This document shows, piece by piece, positions 10,260 to 19,391 of a stretch of 64,000 nucleotides of DNA. This DNA comes from Desulfuromonadales bacterium. Lineage in GTDB: Bacteria; Desulfobacterota; Desulfuromonadia; Desulfuromonadales; JACZKF01. A model generated the notes under the pieces. The model was not told the DNA's origin and did no database searches. It was given only the letters and a program-made list of their open reading frames with translations. A program made the translations under genes and the position numbers. Where the stretch lies: assembly GCA_050485365.1 (NCBI GenBank), contig JBJHBH010000006.1:6985-70984 (forward strand), in the 5' to 3' direction. Numbering within the stretch: position 1 is the stretch's first letter; every line of letters starts with the position of its first letter.

Positions 10260-11123
10260 TCAGGGGGAAGGCGGCGTCCGGCGCCGAAATCCCATTCGAA
10301 CCACATCGTCCTTCGCCGCGCACGCCTCGACGCACCTTCCGCAGTAGATGCAGTTGAGGTCGCGCAGCTCCTCGCCGTCCGTGCGACACGCGACCCTCAC
10401 CCCCATGTAGCAGGCGTCGTCGCACCCCCGGCATCCGCTGCACCCCCTGCCGCCGAGGCGAAGCCGCACCAGGCTGATCTTGTTGAAGAGCCCGTAGGTC
10501 TTGCCGACAGGGCACAGAACCCGGCACCACAGCCGCGGGGAGATGAGCTCAAGGACCAACAGGGCGGCGATGGCGGCGGCGGAGAAGAGAAAAACCGAAA
10601 GAGCCGCCTCGATCCCCCCCGGTCCCAGGGCGGCGCCCATCGCCCGAAACAAGTTCGTCAGGTGCGAAAAATAGGTGCTGAAGAGCGGGATCCGCGTCAG
10701 CAGCGCCGCGCCGAGCAGCAGCGCCAGGACGACGTATCCGACCCTTGGCGAGATGAGCGCCGAGGCTCTTTTCGGACGAAGGCGCCCCATGACGCTGAAG
10801 AGAAAATCCATCGGGCAGATCCAGCCGCAAAAGGCGCGGCCGAATATGAGGTAGAGCGCCACGACGGGCAGAACGGCGACGAGGGCGCTCAGCGCGACCG
10901 TTCCTGCGGCGGATTGGCTCTCGATGAAGGCGAAGACGTCGAGAAGACTCACCGCGCCGAGGACGACCGAACCGCTCAGGCTGCCGACGATCAGATCGAA
11001 ACCGGCGTACTGTAGCACGAAAAGAGCGAAGACGGCCAGCATGACCAGACGCCTCGCGACGCTCCAGCTCTTTCCGGCGTGGCGCTTGCGTGATCGGAAC
11101 GGGGTCGGCTCAGCGGTATTCAC
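10260..11123 (-). CDS. napH: NapH-type membrane quinol dehydrogenase ferredoxin
   Basis: 4 TM segments, FCGWICP and WCRVLCP motifs, and C-terminal 2x[4Fe-4S] Cys clusters. Confidence 0.8.
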   Translation of the reverse strand: MNTAEPTPFRSRKRHAGKSWSVARRLVMLAVFALFVLQYAGFDLIVGSLSGSVVLGAVSLLDVFAFIESQSAAGTVALSALVAVLPVVALYLIFGRAFCGWICPMDFLFSVMGRLRPKRASALISPRVGYVVLALLLGAALLTRIPLFSTYFSHLTNLFRAMGAALGPGGIEAALSVFLFSAAAIAALLVLELISPRLWCRVLCPVGKTYGLFNKISLVRLRLGGRGCSGCRGCDDACYMGVRVACRTDGEELRDLNCIYCGRCVEACAAKDDVVRMGFRRRTPPSP

Positions 11124-11856
11124 GTTCCACCAGCCTCCCCCGCGCCATCATGCGCGGCAGGTTTTGTTCGTAGATGAGGCGATAGCGCTCCTCATGGGTA
11201 CTGTGGAGAACCTTCCGGAGATCCCCCAGGTAGGCGGACTGGACCTCCTTGTATTTTTCGCGGGTGACGACCTTGATGGCCGATCCGCCCAGAGGGCAGA
11301 ACTTGACGCACAGGCCGCACCCGACGCACCTTTCGTTGATGTAGGGCTGGTTCCCCCACTGCCCGTAGTGAAAGTCGAAGACCTTGGCGCCCAGAGGGCA
11401 CGCCTTGCTGCAGGAGAGGCAGACGTCGCCGTTCCAGCCGAAGCACAGGCCGAGATCGATGAGCGCCATCCCCATCGTCACGTCCTCCTTGTCGACCTTG
11501 CGCAAAGCCCCCGTCGGGCAGCGCGGCGGGCACTCCATGCACAGAGTGCACGGCTGGTCGCGCATGTCGGAGATCCGCGGCGTCCCGAAAGATCGCCCTT
11601 CTCCGAGCGGCGTGACGGTGACGGCGTCGTACTTCTTGTTGCGGCATACCCCCGCGCAGACGCCGCAGCTGACGCAGGCGGCACGAAAGCGCCTCTCGGG
11701 CAGGGCGCCCGGGGGGCGGATGGGGCCGCCCTGATTCAGGTGCGGGAGGGGACCCGAGTCGTAGGCCTCGGCCGGCGCTGCGCCGGAGCGCATCGCGACG
11801 GCCGCGGCGGCCAAGCCAAAAGAGAGACGAAAGAAATTTCGACGGGACACACTCAT
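11110..11856 (-). CDS. napG: NapG-type periplasmic 4x[4Fe-4S] ferredoxin (Tat signal)
   Basis: Twin-arginine signal MSVSRRNFFRLSFGLAAAAVA and four CxxCxxC(x)nCP clusters. Confidence 0.8.
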   Translation of the reverse strand: MSVSRRNFFRLSFGLAAAAVAMRSGAAPAEAYDSGPLPHLNQGGPIRPPGALPERRFRAACVSCGVCAGVCRNKKYDAVTVTPLGEGRSFGTPRISDMRDQPCTLCMECPPRCPTGALRKVDKEDVTMGMALIDLGLCFGWNGDVCLSCSKACPLGAKVFDFHYGQWGNQPYINERCVGCGLCVKFCPLGGSAIKVVTREKYKEVQSAYLGDLRKVLHSTHEERYRLIYEQNLPRMMARGRLVEREYR

Positions 11857-11940
11857 CGGAGGGCTCGTTCGGTGCGAAAGAACCCCCCGAAGCGATCATT
11901 CATCGCCCCAAGGGACCCTCACGCGGAACCTGCGAAAACA

Positions 11941-11977
11941 GGATGGAAAATGGGGCGCCTCCCAAAGGAAGCGCCCC
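11941..11977 (-). terminator. rho-independent terminator/attenuator candidate between the napA-like gene and napG
   Basis: On the minus strand: GGGGCGCTTCC-TTTG-GGAGGCGCCCC followed by ATTTTCC. A second long imperfect hairpin lies at 11998-12076, directly after the stop. Confidence 0.5.
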
Positions 11978-12081
11978 GGTCGGCCTTATCGTTTCTTCTG
12001 CCCCCGGCGAGGGCATCAGGAAAAGAAGGAGGGAGGCTAAGTCGCTCCTTCCCGCCCTCACCCCCGCCGGGGGCAGAAGTC

Positions 12082-15000
12082 CTACGCGATGACTTTACCC
12101 GGCTCGGCCTGGCGTCCCTGCGTCCTGCCCTTGTAGATCTTCACGGCGAAGAGCTTGTAGTCGGGCTGGAAGCTGAAGGGGTCGTAAGCGTCGCGCATGA
12201 TCATGTTGATCAGCTTGTACTCGTCGAACCACGGCACGAAAACATAGTCGTAACGCGGCCCCCCCGTCGCCAGGGTGACGTTGAGAACCTTGGCGGGGAG
12301 CTCGACGCGGCCGCGCGGCGACTCGACGATGACCGGATCGCCCTCCTTGATGCGGAGCTTGGCGGCGAGCTCGTGGTTGATCTCGACGTAGGCTCCGGGC
12401 ACGGCGCGGTTGAGCTCGGCGACGCGGGTCGTCATGCTGCCGGTGTGCCAGTGTTCGACGACGCGTCCGGTGCAGGCGCCGTACTTGTACTCGGTGGTGT
12501 CGATGATCATCAGGTTCGACCCGTCCGCCTTGCGGTACTCGTGCCGCAGGTTCTGGAACTCTGCCGGCGACAGGGCGATGTTCTTCAGGGCGTCCATCTC
12601 TTTGTTCGGATCGCCGATGACCTTGACCTGGTAGGTCGAGATCGTCTCGAAGGGCTGGGCGCTGTTCTCGTCGACCTTCTCGGGAACGAAGCGACGCTCG
12701 ACCACGTTGACGGTGTCGTACTTGACGAACTCCTTCCCGTCGAATTTGCAGGCCCACCAAGGATTGGCCCAGATGACGGCGCGCCCGTCCCACCCGGGTG
12801 CGCGGCGGGTTCCGCCGTCGGGGGTGGGGATGTCGATCATCCCGTTGATGAAGGCGTTGGAGTTGTAGAAGCTCGCATACCACCCTTCGGGGACGTTGTT
12901 CTGCCTCTGGTAGGCGCGGTCGGCTTTCATCGCTTCGATGTTCTTCTCGAGCCACGCCCCGTAGACAGGGTTGAACTCCTTCATGTTGCGCAGGTAGTTC
13001 GCCGTGAGCTTGTCGATGTGCGGGTCGTAGGGCCAGGCGTACTGGATCTTGGAGTCGTAGCGCTGATAGCGACGGCGCATCTCGGCGTCGGTGTGAACCT
13101 CCGCCGGGAAGGGGATGCGGTAGCCGTGGTTCTGCTCCAGCAAGACCTTGCGGTTCATGCCCGAGAAGTCGTACCCCGTCCCCTTGGAGAGCACCATGAG
13201 CTCTTCCCAGATATTGGAGGTGAACTCGCGGTTCCACTCCTTCTCCTTGCTGGCGGCGATCGTCTTTTGCATCCAGTCCTTGCCGTCGTACTTCTCCGGC
13301 CAGAACTGCGAGATGTGCCCCTTGGGGAGGACCCCCTTCTCCTCGAGGCGCCGCATGATGAGGGCGAAGATGGTGTGGTCGGGGATGGTGTTGCCGTAGG
13401 GCTCGATGAGCTGCTTGACGACCTGGTAGCGTCGCTCCAGGTTGCCGAAGACGAACTCCTTTTCATACCAGCTCGAAGCGCCGAGGACGACGTCCGAGAC
13501 CATGGTGGAGGAGGTCGGGAACGACTCCATCGTCACGATCAGCGGCCAGGCGGCCCCTTTTTGCGCCCCGGCCATCGCCTGACGGTACGGCCATGCGTAG
13601 GGGAGGCTCTGCCCCGGGTTGACGCAGGCGACGAACTGCACCTTGATCTGCCCGGCGCCGAGGCGGCGGAACATCTCCATGGTGTGGGGGCCGGGCTTGT
13701 CGTGGATCTTGATCTTGGACGTCTCGGCGGCGATCTCGGCGTCGCTCGCCCCCTGCTTCTTCAGATAGGCCGCGCTTCGGTCGCTCCAGATCTTCTCGAT
13801 GCCGGCGCGGTGCGCCGGGTTGGCGACCAGGCGCCCGTAGGGGAGCGCGTGGCACAGGGCGCCGGGGGCGCGGATGCCGCCGCAGGCGTTGGGCTGACCG
13901 GTGAAACTGAAGGAGTGGCGGCCGGGCTTGACGGCCTTGCCGGTGAGCAGGTGCATCGAGTGCAGCGTGGCGTTGGCCCACGTCCCCTGCAGCTTCTGGT
14001 TGACCCCCATGCACCAGGTCGACACCGTATACCCTTCGACGAACCACTTGGCGGCGAGGCGGATCGCCTCCGGGCCGCTGATCTTCTTCCACGAGCGGGT
14101 CGGCGCGTCGTACACGAGGGGGGACTCGCCCTCGAAGATCGCCTCGCTCACGAGCTCGGGCTTGTAGTCCTCCAGGAACTTCAGGAAGATGGCGAACCCC
14201 TTGTAGAGGTCGCGCTGGATCTCCTCCTCGGAGCCGTACCGGTTATTCAGGTTGGGGTAGGTCTTGCGCGGCGTGGCCGAGTAGGTCATGTCCCAGGCGG
14301 TGTCGCGGGTTCCGCCGTAGGTCGTCTTGATCCACGTCTTGCTCACGTCCTCGTGGATGCCGAAGCTCGCGTGGCGCTCGATGAATTTCTTGTCGAGGTA
14401 CTTCCACTGCGCATCGACCGTCCCCTTCTCCACGTCGTAGCGGGCCTTGTCGAGCTCGTGGGCCATGACGTAGAGCATGGAGTTGAGCAGGACCATGTCG
14501 CGGCCGCTGGCGAAGGGGAGCCACAGGTCGGCGATGGTGCCCGAGCGCGTCTTGCGCGGGTCGGCCAGGATGACCTTGGCGTTGGGATTTTTCGCCTTCA
14601 CCGCCGCCATGCGGTTGAAAATGATCGGATGCCCCTCGGCGGTATTGTTGCCGATGAGGAAAAAGGTGTCGGCGTGCTTGCCGAAGTCGGGGTCGGGGAC
14701 GTCGATGTCGTCGAGGCAGCCGTAGGGCTCGTCCTTGCCGAAGTTGTACAGATATCCCACGACGGCCGACGCCATGCAGGTTCGCGGCTGCCCTTCGATG
14801 GCGTTGTTGGCGAGCATGCCGCCCCCCTTGAACGCCTTGTTCATGATGTGCGTCTCTTCGGAACCGAGCTGACCGCTGCCGTAGTAGGCGACGCTGTGAC
14901 GGCCGTGTTCCTTGAGCGAAACCTCGACGGCGTCGGCGACGAACTCGATGGCGTCCTCCCAGGGGACCTGGACGAAGTTTTCGCGCATGTCGACTTCAGA

Positions 15001-15420
15001 GGGCTTGATGCCGTTGGGATCTTTGCTGGTGCGCCCTTCCAGTACGCGGGGGGAGCGCTTGAGGTCGGGCTTGCCGGTGGCGGGGTTGATCCACTCTTTT
15101 CGCACCAGCGCCCCCTTGGGGCGCTCGGGATAGGCGATGGCCCGGTGAAGGTAGAACCCCTTGGTGCAAAGCACGCCCTTGTTGACGCTGCTGGCGAGGT
15201 CGCCCTTGATGGCGAGGACCTTCAGGACCTTGCCGGCGCCGTTCACCTCGCAGTCGGCCAGCATGGTGCAACCGACGGCGCAATAGCGGCACTGACCGAT
15301 GGGGATGGTGCGCACCCCGGCGGGCGAGGAAAAGACAAGAGGGGGCGTGGCGAAGCCTGCGGCCACGACGGCTGCAGAGAGGGCGCCTGCCCGGAGAAAA
15401 TCACGTCTGCTCAGTTTCAT
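12082..15420 (-). CDS. napA: Tat-exported NapA-family molybdopterin oxidoreductase, atypically long (1112 aa)
   Basis: MKLSRRDFLRAG Tat signal and a CRYCAVGC Fe-S motif. NapA-like blocks QPRTCMASAVVGY, TGQPNACG and TGRVVEHWHTGSMT. Large extra segments relative to the roughly 830-aa canonical NapA. Confidence 0.75.
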   Translation of the reverse strand: MKLSRRDFLRAGALSAAVVAAGFATPPLVFSSPAGVRTIPIGQCRYCAVGCTMLADCEVNGAGKVLKVLAIKGDLASSVNKGVLCTKGFYLHRAIAYPERPKGALVRKEWINPATGKPDLKRSPRVLEGRTSKDPNGIKPSEVDMRENFVQVPWEDAIEFVADAVEVSLKEHGRHSVAYYGSGQLGSEETHIMNKAFKGGGMLANNAIEGQPRTCMASAVVGYLYNFGKDEPYGCLDDIDVPDPDFGKHADTFFLIGNNTAEGHPIIFNRMAAVKAKNPNAKVILADPRKTRSGTIADLWLPFASGRDMVLLNSMLYVMAHELDKARYDVEKGTVDAQWKYLDKKFIERHASFGIHEDVSKTWIKTTYGGTRDTAWDMTYSATPRKTYPNLNNRYGSEEEIQRDLYKGFAIFLKFLEDYKPELVSEAIFEGESPLVYDAPTRSWKKISGPEAIRLAAKWFVEGYTVSTWCMGVNQKLQGTWANATLHSMHLLTGKAVKPGRHSFSFTGQPNACGGIRAPGALCHALPYGRLVANPAHRAGIEKIWSDRSAAYLKKQGASDAEIAAETSKIKIHDKPGPHTMEMFRRLGAGQIKVQFVACVNPGQSLPYAWPYRQAMAGAQKGAAWPLIVTMESFPTSSTMVSDVVLGASSWYEKEFVFGNLERRYQVVKQLIEPYGNTIPDHTIFALIMRRLEEKGVLPKGHISQFWPEKYDGKDWMQKTIAASKEKEWNREFTSNIWEELMVLSKGTGYDFSGMNRKVLLEQNHGYRIPFPAEVHTDAEMRRRYQRYDSKIQYAWPYDPHIDKLTANYLRNMKEFNPVYGAWLEKNIEAMKADRAYQRQNNVPEGWYASFYNSNAFINGMIDIPTPDGGTRRAPGWDGRAVIWANPWWACKFDGKEFVKYDTVNVVERRFVPEKVDENSAQPFETISTYQVKVIGDPNKEMDALKNIALSPAEFQNLRHEYRKADGSNLMIIDTTEYKYGACTGRVVEHWHTGSMTTRVAELNRAVPGAYVEINHELAAKLRIKEGDPVIVESPRGRVELPAKVLNVTLATGGPRYDYVFVPWFDEYKLINMIMRDAYDPFSFQPDYKLFAVKIYKGRTQGRQAEPGKVIA

Positions 15421-15452
15421 CTGTCGTCACTCCTTTTGATGGAAGGGTTCAC

Positions 15453-15938
15453 TCAGCGCGACCGGGTGGTGAATATTTCGGCCAATACGGCATCGCCCAC
15501 CGGAGCGAAATCGCCGTTGGACGCGGTGGCCATCACAGCAAACTCAACCGGTTCTCCCCCTTGCTGCGGAGCCTTCCAGGAGAATCTCCAGACCCGAAGG
15601 GTGGAACCCTCGATCGTGTGGGTGAGGAGCCCTCCGGAGAGCTGGGTGTTTGTGTCGTCCGTAACGATCAGATCGCCGCCCGAAGCCCTGACGACGAATC
15701 CCCCCTTCACATCGCCGACGCTCTGAATGTCGCTTTTGACGACGAGGCGCATCCGGTAGGTCTTTCCGGGCCGATACTGTCTGGGGACTCCCTTCATCTC
15801 GAGAGTGGAAACATGGTCGTGAACCGGGGCATGGCAGGTAACACATGTCAATGTCGGAGCACCGTTCTGATAGCCCAGAGCCGGCCCTGCGAGCAGGACC
15901 AACACGACCGCCAGCGGCAGAAACAGCAGATTCTTCAT
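15453..15938 (-). CDS. secreted monoheme c-type cytochrome fused to a beta-sandwich (reeler/DOMON-like) domain
   Basis: Signal peptide, a single CVTCH motif, then ...VWRFSWKAPQQGGEPVEFAVMATASNGDF.... Immediately upstream of the napA-like gene. Confidence 0.6.
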   Translation of the reverse strand: MKNLLFLPLAVVLVLLAGPALGYQNGAPTLTCVTCHAPVHDHVSTLEMKGVPRQYRPGKTYRMRLVVKSDIQSVGDVKGGFVVRASGGDLIVTDDTNTQLSGGLLTHTIEGSTLRVWRFSWKAPQQGGEPVEFAVMATASNGDFAPVGDAVLAEIFTTRSR

Positions 15939-16006
15939 CTCCCTCGCACCCTTTCTTTGGCTTGAAGCAATTGCCTCTCAATCGCCTCTCATCTGAATTT
16001 GGCCGC

Positions 16007-16040
16007 AAAAAAGGCGGGACATTTGGCTGTCCCGCCTTTT
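16007..16040 (-). terminator. rho-independent (bidirectional) terminator after the octaheme gene
   Basis: AAAAAA-GGCGGGAC-ATTTGGCT-GTCCCGCC-TTTT. Confidence 0.8.
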
Positions 16041-16052
16041 CATCACGCGGTA

Positions 16053-17648
16053 TTACTTCTTCTGTGCCATGGCATCCCGCAGGATCTGGGTGCCTTTTTT
16101 GGCCTGAACGATGGCGTCGGTCAGGGTCTCCCTCGCCAGTTCAGGGTTGTGCCAGCCGTCGCTGTTCTCGGCGGTCCACCACTCCCACAGAACGTGGGCC
16201 ACCGAGTGCTGGCGGCGGGCCTGATTGAGAACGTCTTCAGAGACGCCGGCCTTCTGTGCGGCGGCGAAGGTGTCGATCAGGTCGACCAGAGCGGCTTCGG
16301 CCTTGCGCATCTTGCCTTTAGTGTAGTTGCGCACGCCTTCGACGATATTGGTGAGCTCTTCGACCGTCGAGTCGGGGTGGCAGCCGAGGCAGGAGGCCTC
16401 GATGTGGTGCAGCGGACGAACAACCTTGTGGCTGGTGAACTTCTCGCCGGCCGCGTTGGTCTTCTGGGGCATGTGGCAGTCGTGGCACTGCACGCCGGCC
16501 AGCTCATGGACGCTGCCCCAGTAGGTCTCGAGCTCGGGATGCTGGAGCTTGACCAGAGGTGCGCCGGTGACGGCATGGCGGAAGTCGGCGAACTGAACCT
16601 CGTCGAAGTGCGCGAGGAGATCGGTGGCGGTCTTCCAGGGGAAGTGGTTGGTGCGACGGTCGGTCATCGGCACGCGGTCGCCGCTGACGGGCTCGAAGCC
16701 GGGGTTGCACATATACTCGACGTGGCACTGGGCGCACATCAGGTTGGAGTTGCTCTCGGGCATGACGCCGATCTTGCGGAACCCGTCGCGGAAGGAGACG
16801 ACTTCCATCATCCCTGCGCCCTTGTCTTCGGCGTAGGGGCGGGCGCCGTCACGCTGAACGGCGTCGATCAGCGCATCGCGGATGACGCGGGGCTTGGCGC
16901 TGTGGGGGTCGTGGCACTGGATGCAGCCCATGGGGTTCTTCAGAGCCTTGATGACTTCGTGCACGTCGGAGGTGCGGTCGAACTTGGCACCTTTGCCGGG
17001 GTCGCCCATGTAGGCCCAGTCGAGGATCAGGTCGCTCGTCTTGCACTGGACGCAGACAGCGTTGCCGGCCTGAGCGGTCTCGGGGCGGATCTCGCCGGTG
17101 TCTTCGAGGATGTCCCACAGCTTGCCGGTGCGGACGGTGGCGAAGAGATCCTTGAACTGATAGCGGCCGCCGGCGAAGCGGTCGACGGCGATCTGGTCGA
17201 TCAGCATGAAGGGATGGGAGCGGGGCTCGTTGTGCTCCTTGGTGAAACCGTGGGGAGCGAGCAGGACGTCCTGCTTCGGCGAGCGACCCATGGGGAGCCC
17301 TTTTTCGACGCGGGGATGCGCATCGTAATTGATCGTGTAGTAGCTGTCGTACTGGTCGGGGTGGCAGGCACCGCAGGTGGAGAGCTCGAGGCTCGTCGTC
17401 GGGCGGTTCTGGCGGGGGTTGCGAACGTGCGCTTCCATCTCGCCATGGCAGGTGTTACAGGAAAGTGACGCATGGATGGAGCCGGTGTGCAGCTCGCGGA
17501 CTTCGGTGTGGCAGGCGAAACACTGGTTGGGGTTGACGTCCCCGCCCCGCGACCGCGCATCGGCCGACGGCGTACCGGCCCCGCCGAAGACGAGGGCCGC
17601 GCCGACAAGGCCGACCATTGATGCGATGACAAACTTCTTCTTGCCCAT
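16053..17648 (-). CDS. octaheme cytochrome c nitrite reductase (NrfA-related, TvNiR-like)
   Basis: Signal peptide and eight heme motifs: CFACH, CNTCH, CGACH, CVQCK, CIQCH, CAQCH, CHDCH, CLGCH. The fourth is the CxxCK catalytic-heme motif. Confidence 0.8.
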   Translation of the reverse strand: MGKKKFVIASMVGLVGAALVFGGAGTPSADARSRGGDVNPNQCFACHTEVRELHTGSIHASLSCNTCHGEMEAHVRNPRQNRPTTSLELSTCGACHPDQYDSYYTINYDAHPRVEKGLPMGRSPKQDVLLAPHGFTKEHNEPRSHPFMLIDQIAVDRFAGGRYQFKDLFATVRTGKLWDILEDTGEIRPETAQAGNAVCVQCKTSDLILDWAYMGDPGKGAKFDRTSDVHEVIKALKNPMGCIQCHDPHSAKPRVIRDALIDAVQRDGARPYAEDKGAGMMEVVSFRDGFRKIGVMPESNSNLMCAQCHVEYMCNPGFEPVSGDRVPMTDRRTNHFPWKTATDLLAHFDEVQFADFRHAVTGAPLVKLQHPELETYWGSVHELAGVQCHDCHMPQKTNAAGEKFTSHKVVRPLHHIEASCLGCHPDSTVEELTNIVEGVRNYTKGKMRKAEAALVDLIDTFAAAQKAGVSEDVLNQARRQHSVAHVLWEWWTAENSDGWHNPELARETLTDAIVQAKKGTQILRDAMAQKK

Positions 17649-17890
17649 CTTCTTAGCCTCCTGTGATGAGTTTTGGGAACCATTCCCATTTATGGGAACG
17701 CGAACGCACCTCCTGCGAACGCGTCGCCCATCTTCACAGGCTATTTACAGGAAACGTGCCGAGACTGATTAAATTTCTCAACATATCGTATTTACGACAG
17801 TTTTAAGAATGTGCAAAGGAACAGATTCGAGATGTCGAATAAGGCAGGGGTCCAGCGGTCACCGGGAGGTGACCACTGGAGGGGGTCGTG

Positions 17891-19258
17891 TTACACCTGC
17901 GTAACGTCCGAGGGGGTGAGGGCGTGGCGGTTGATCTTTTCCCACAGACTCTTTCGTGAGATGCCGAGCGCTTTGGCGGCTTCGAGCTTTCGATGCTCGA
18001 AATGCGACAGGGCGCAGCTGATGTAGTCGCGCTCGAACTGAGAGAGGGCGTCGCGCAGCGGCTGGTCCGGATCGAAGACGGGCATGGGGGATACGGACTG
18101 CGGACGGCGCCCCGTGAGATCCACCGGGAGATCGTCGAGGAGGATCAGCTCGCCCTTGCCGAGCGCCACCGCCCTCTCCATGGCGTGCCTGAGCTGCCGC
18201 ACGTTTCCCGGAAAAGGGTGCGAGAGCAAAAGGGCGCGCGCCGCCGGCGAGAGGCGCCGAGGGTTGCGCCCCATCCGTTTTGAGAAATGATCGAGAAAAT
18301 ATTCGGCCAGCGGGAGGATGTCTTCGGGGCGCTCGCGAAGGGGGGGGACTTCGATGCTGATGACGTTGAGTCGGTAATAGAGGTCTTCGCGAAACTCGCC
18401 GTCGTCCACCGCCGCCATCAGGTCTCGGTTCGTCGCGGCGACGATACGCACATCGACCAGAACTTCCTTTCGGGCGCCGACGGGCTGAACCGATTTCTCC
18501 TGAATGGCGCGCAACAGCTTGGCCTGCGACGCCAGGGGGATCTCGCCGATCTCATCGAGAAAGAGGGTGCCGCCGTGGGCGAGCTCGAACTTTCCCTGAC
18601 GGTCTTCCACGGCCCCGGTGAACGCCCCCTTGACATAACCGAAGAGCTCGGACTCGAAGAGCGATTCGGGGAGCGCGGCGCAGTTGACACGCACCAGCGG
18701 CCCTTGCCTGCGGATGCTCTGGCGGTGAATCCTCTCCACCACCAACTCCTTCCCCGTGCCGTTCTCTCCGGTGACGAGCACCGTCGAGTCGAGCCCCGCC
18801 ACCGCATCGATCATCTCCAGGACGCGCTGCATCGGCTGGCTTCCGGCGACCATCCGGCATTCGCCGGCAGAGGGGTTTTTCAGCTGAAGGTTCTCTTCGG
18901 CCAGACGACGATTCTCGGTGATATCGCGGCTGATCAACAGGGTGCCGAGGTAATTTTCCGCCATATCGCGGATTGCCGAGTAGGAGTTCTCGAAATAGCG
19001 GCCCCGGTTCTGAATGACGCGGTTGCTGGACTGGATGTCCCCCGCCTTCAGGCTCCCCAGGAGCTCGCGAATGCGCGCGTGGGTCTCGGGCGGATGGATA
19101 TCGAAGATCGGACGGCCGATAATCCTGTCGGCACAGACACTTCGGATTCTCTCGGCGGCGGGATTGCAGATACGGATGTTGTCGAATTCGTCGAGGAAGA
19201 TCACCCCCTCGACCATATCATTGATGATCGACTGGTAAATCGAGAGCTGTTTCAGCAT
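17891..19258 (-). CDS. sigma-54-dependent transcriptional activator (PAS - AAA+ - Fis HTH, no receiver domain)
   Basis: Start MLKQLSIYQ at 19258. GENGTGKE Walker A, GAFTGA loop (KGAFTGAVE), and C-terminal HTH ...[16 protein letters not shown]. Confidence 0.9.
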   Translation of the reverse strand: MLKQLSIYQSIINDMVEGVIFLDEFDNIRICNPAAERIRSVCADRIIGRPIFDIHPPETHARIRELLGSLKAGDIQSSNRVIQNRGRYFENSYSAIRDMAENYLGTLLISRDITENRRLAEENLQLKNPSAGECRMVAGSQPMQRVLEMIDAVAGLDSTVLVTGENGTGKELVVERIHRQSIRRQGPLVRVNCAALPESLFESELFGYVKGAFTGAVEDRQGKFELAHGGTLFLDEIGEIPLASQAKLLRAIQEKSVQPVGARKEVLVDVRIVAATNRDLMAAVDDGEFREDLYYRLNVISIEVPPLRERPEDILPLAEYFLDHFSKRMGRNPRRLSPAARALLLSHPFPGNVRQLRHAMERAVALGKGELILLDDLPVDLTGRRPQSVSPMPVFDPDQPLRDALSQFERDYISCALSHFEHRKLEAAKALGISRKSLWEKINRHALTPSDVTQV

Positions 19259-19391
19259 GACATCATCTCCGCGGCAGGCGTTTCGCTTCGGTAACAGTGC
19301 AAATTCTTTACCAGACGCCCGCCGCGCCGACGGCTTGTCGATACCGAAATGAGGGATAGAGTTTAGTCGTACCCATGCAGCGAGTCGCTCC

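Noticed and set aside
10924-15726. Very long plus-strand ORF (1600 aa), plus similar antisense ORFs such as 434..1741, 3956..5428, 5361..6656, 15999..17468, 23440..24957 and 26514..27884.
   Set aside because: These are shadow frames opposite well-supported minus-strand genes in GC-rich DNA. Their translations are low-complexity (Arg/Gly/Asp/Val/His-rich) with no family motifs or RBS.
17740-17765. Possible sigma54 promoter for the octaheme gene (minus strand CGGCACGTTTCCTGTAAA).
   Set aside because: It has GG at -24 but GT instead of GC at -12, and it lacks the TGGCA/TTGC context. It is too weak to call despite the neighbouring sigma54 activator.
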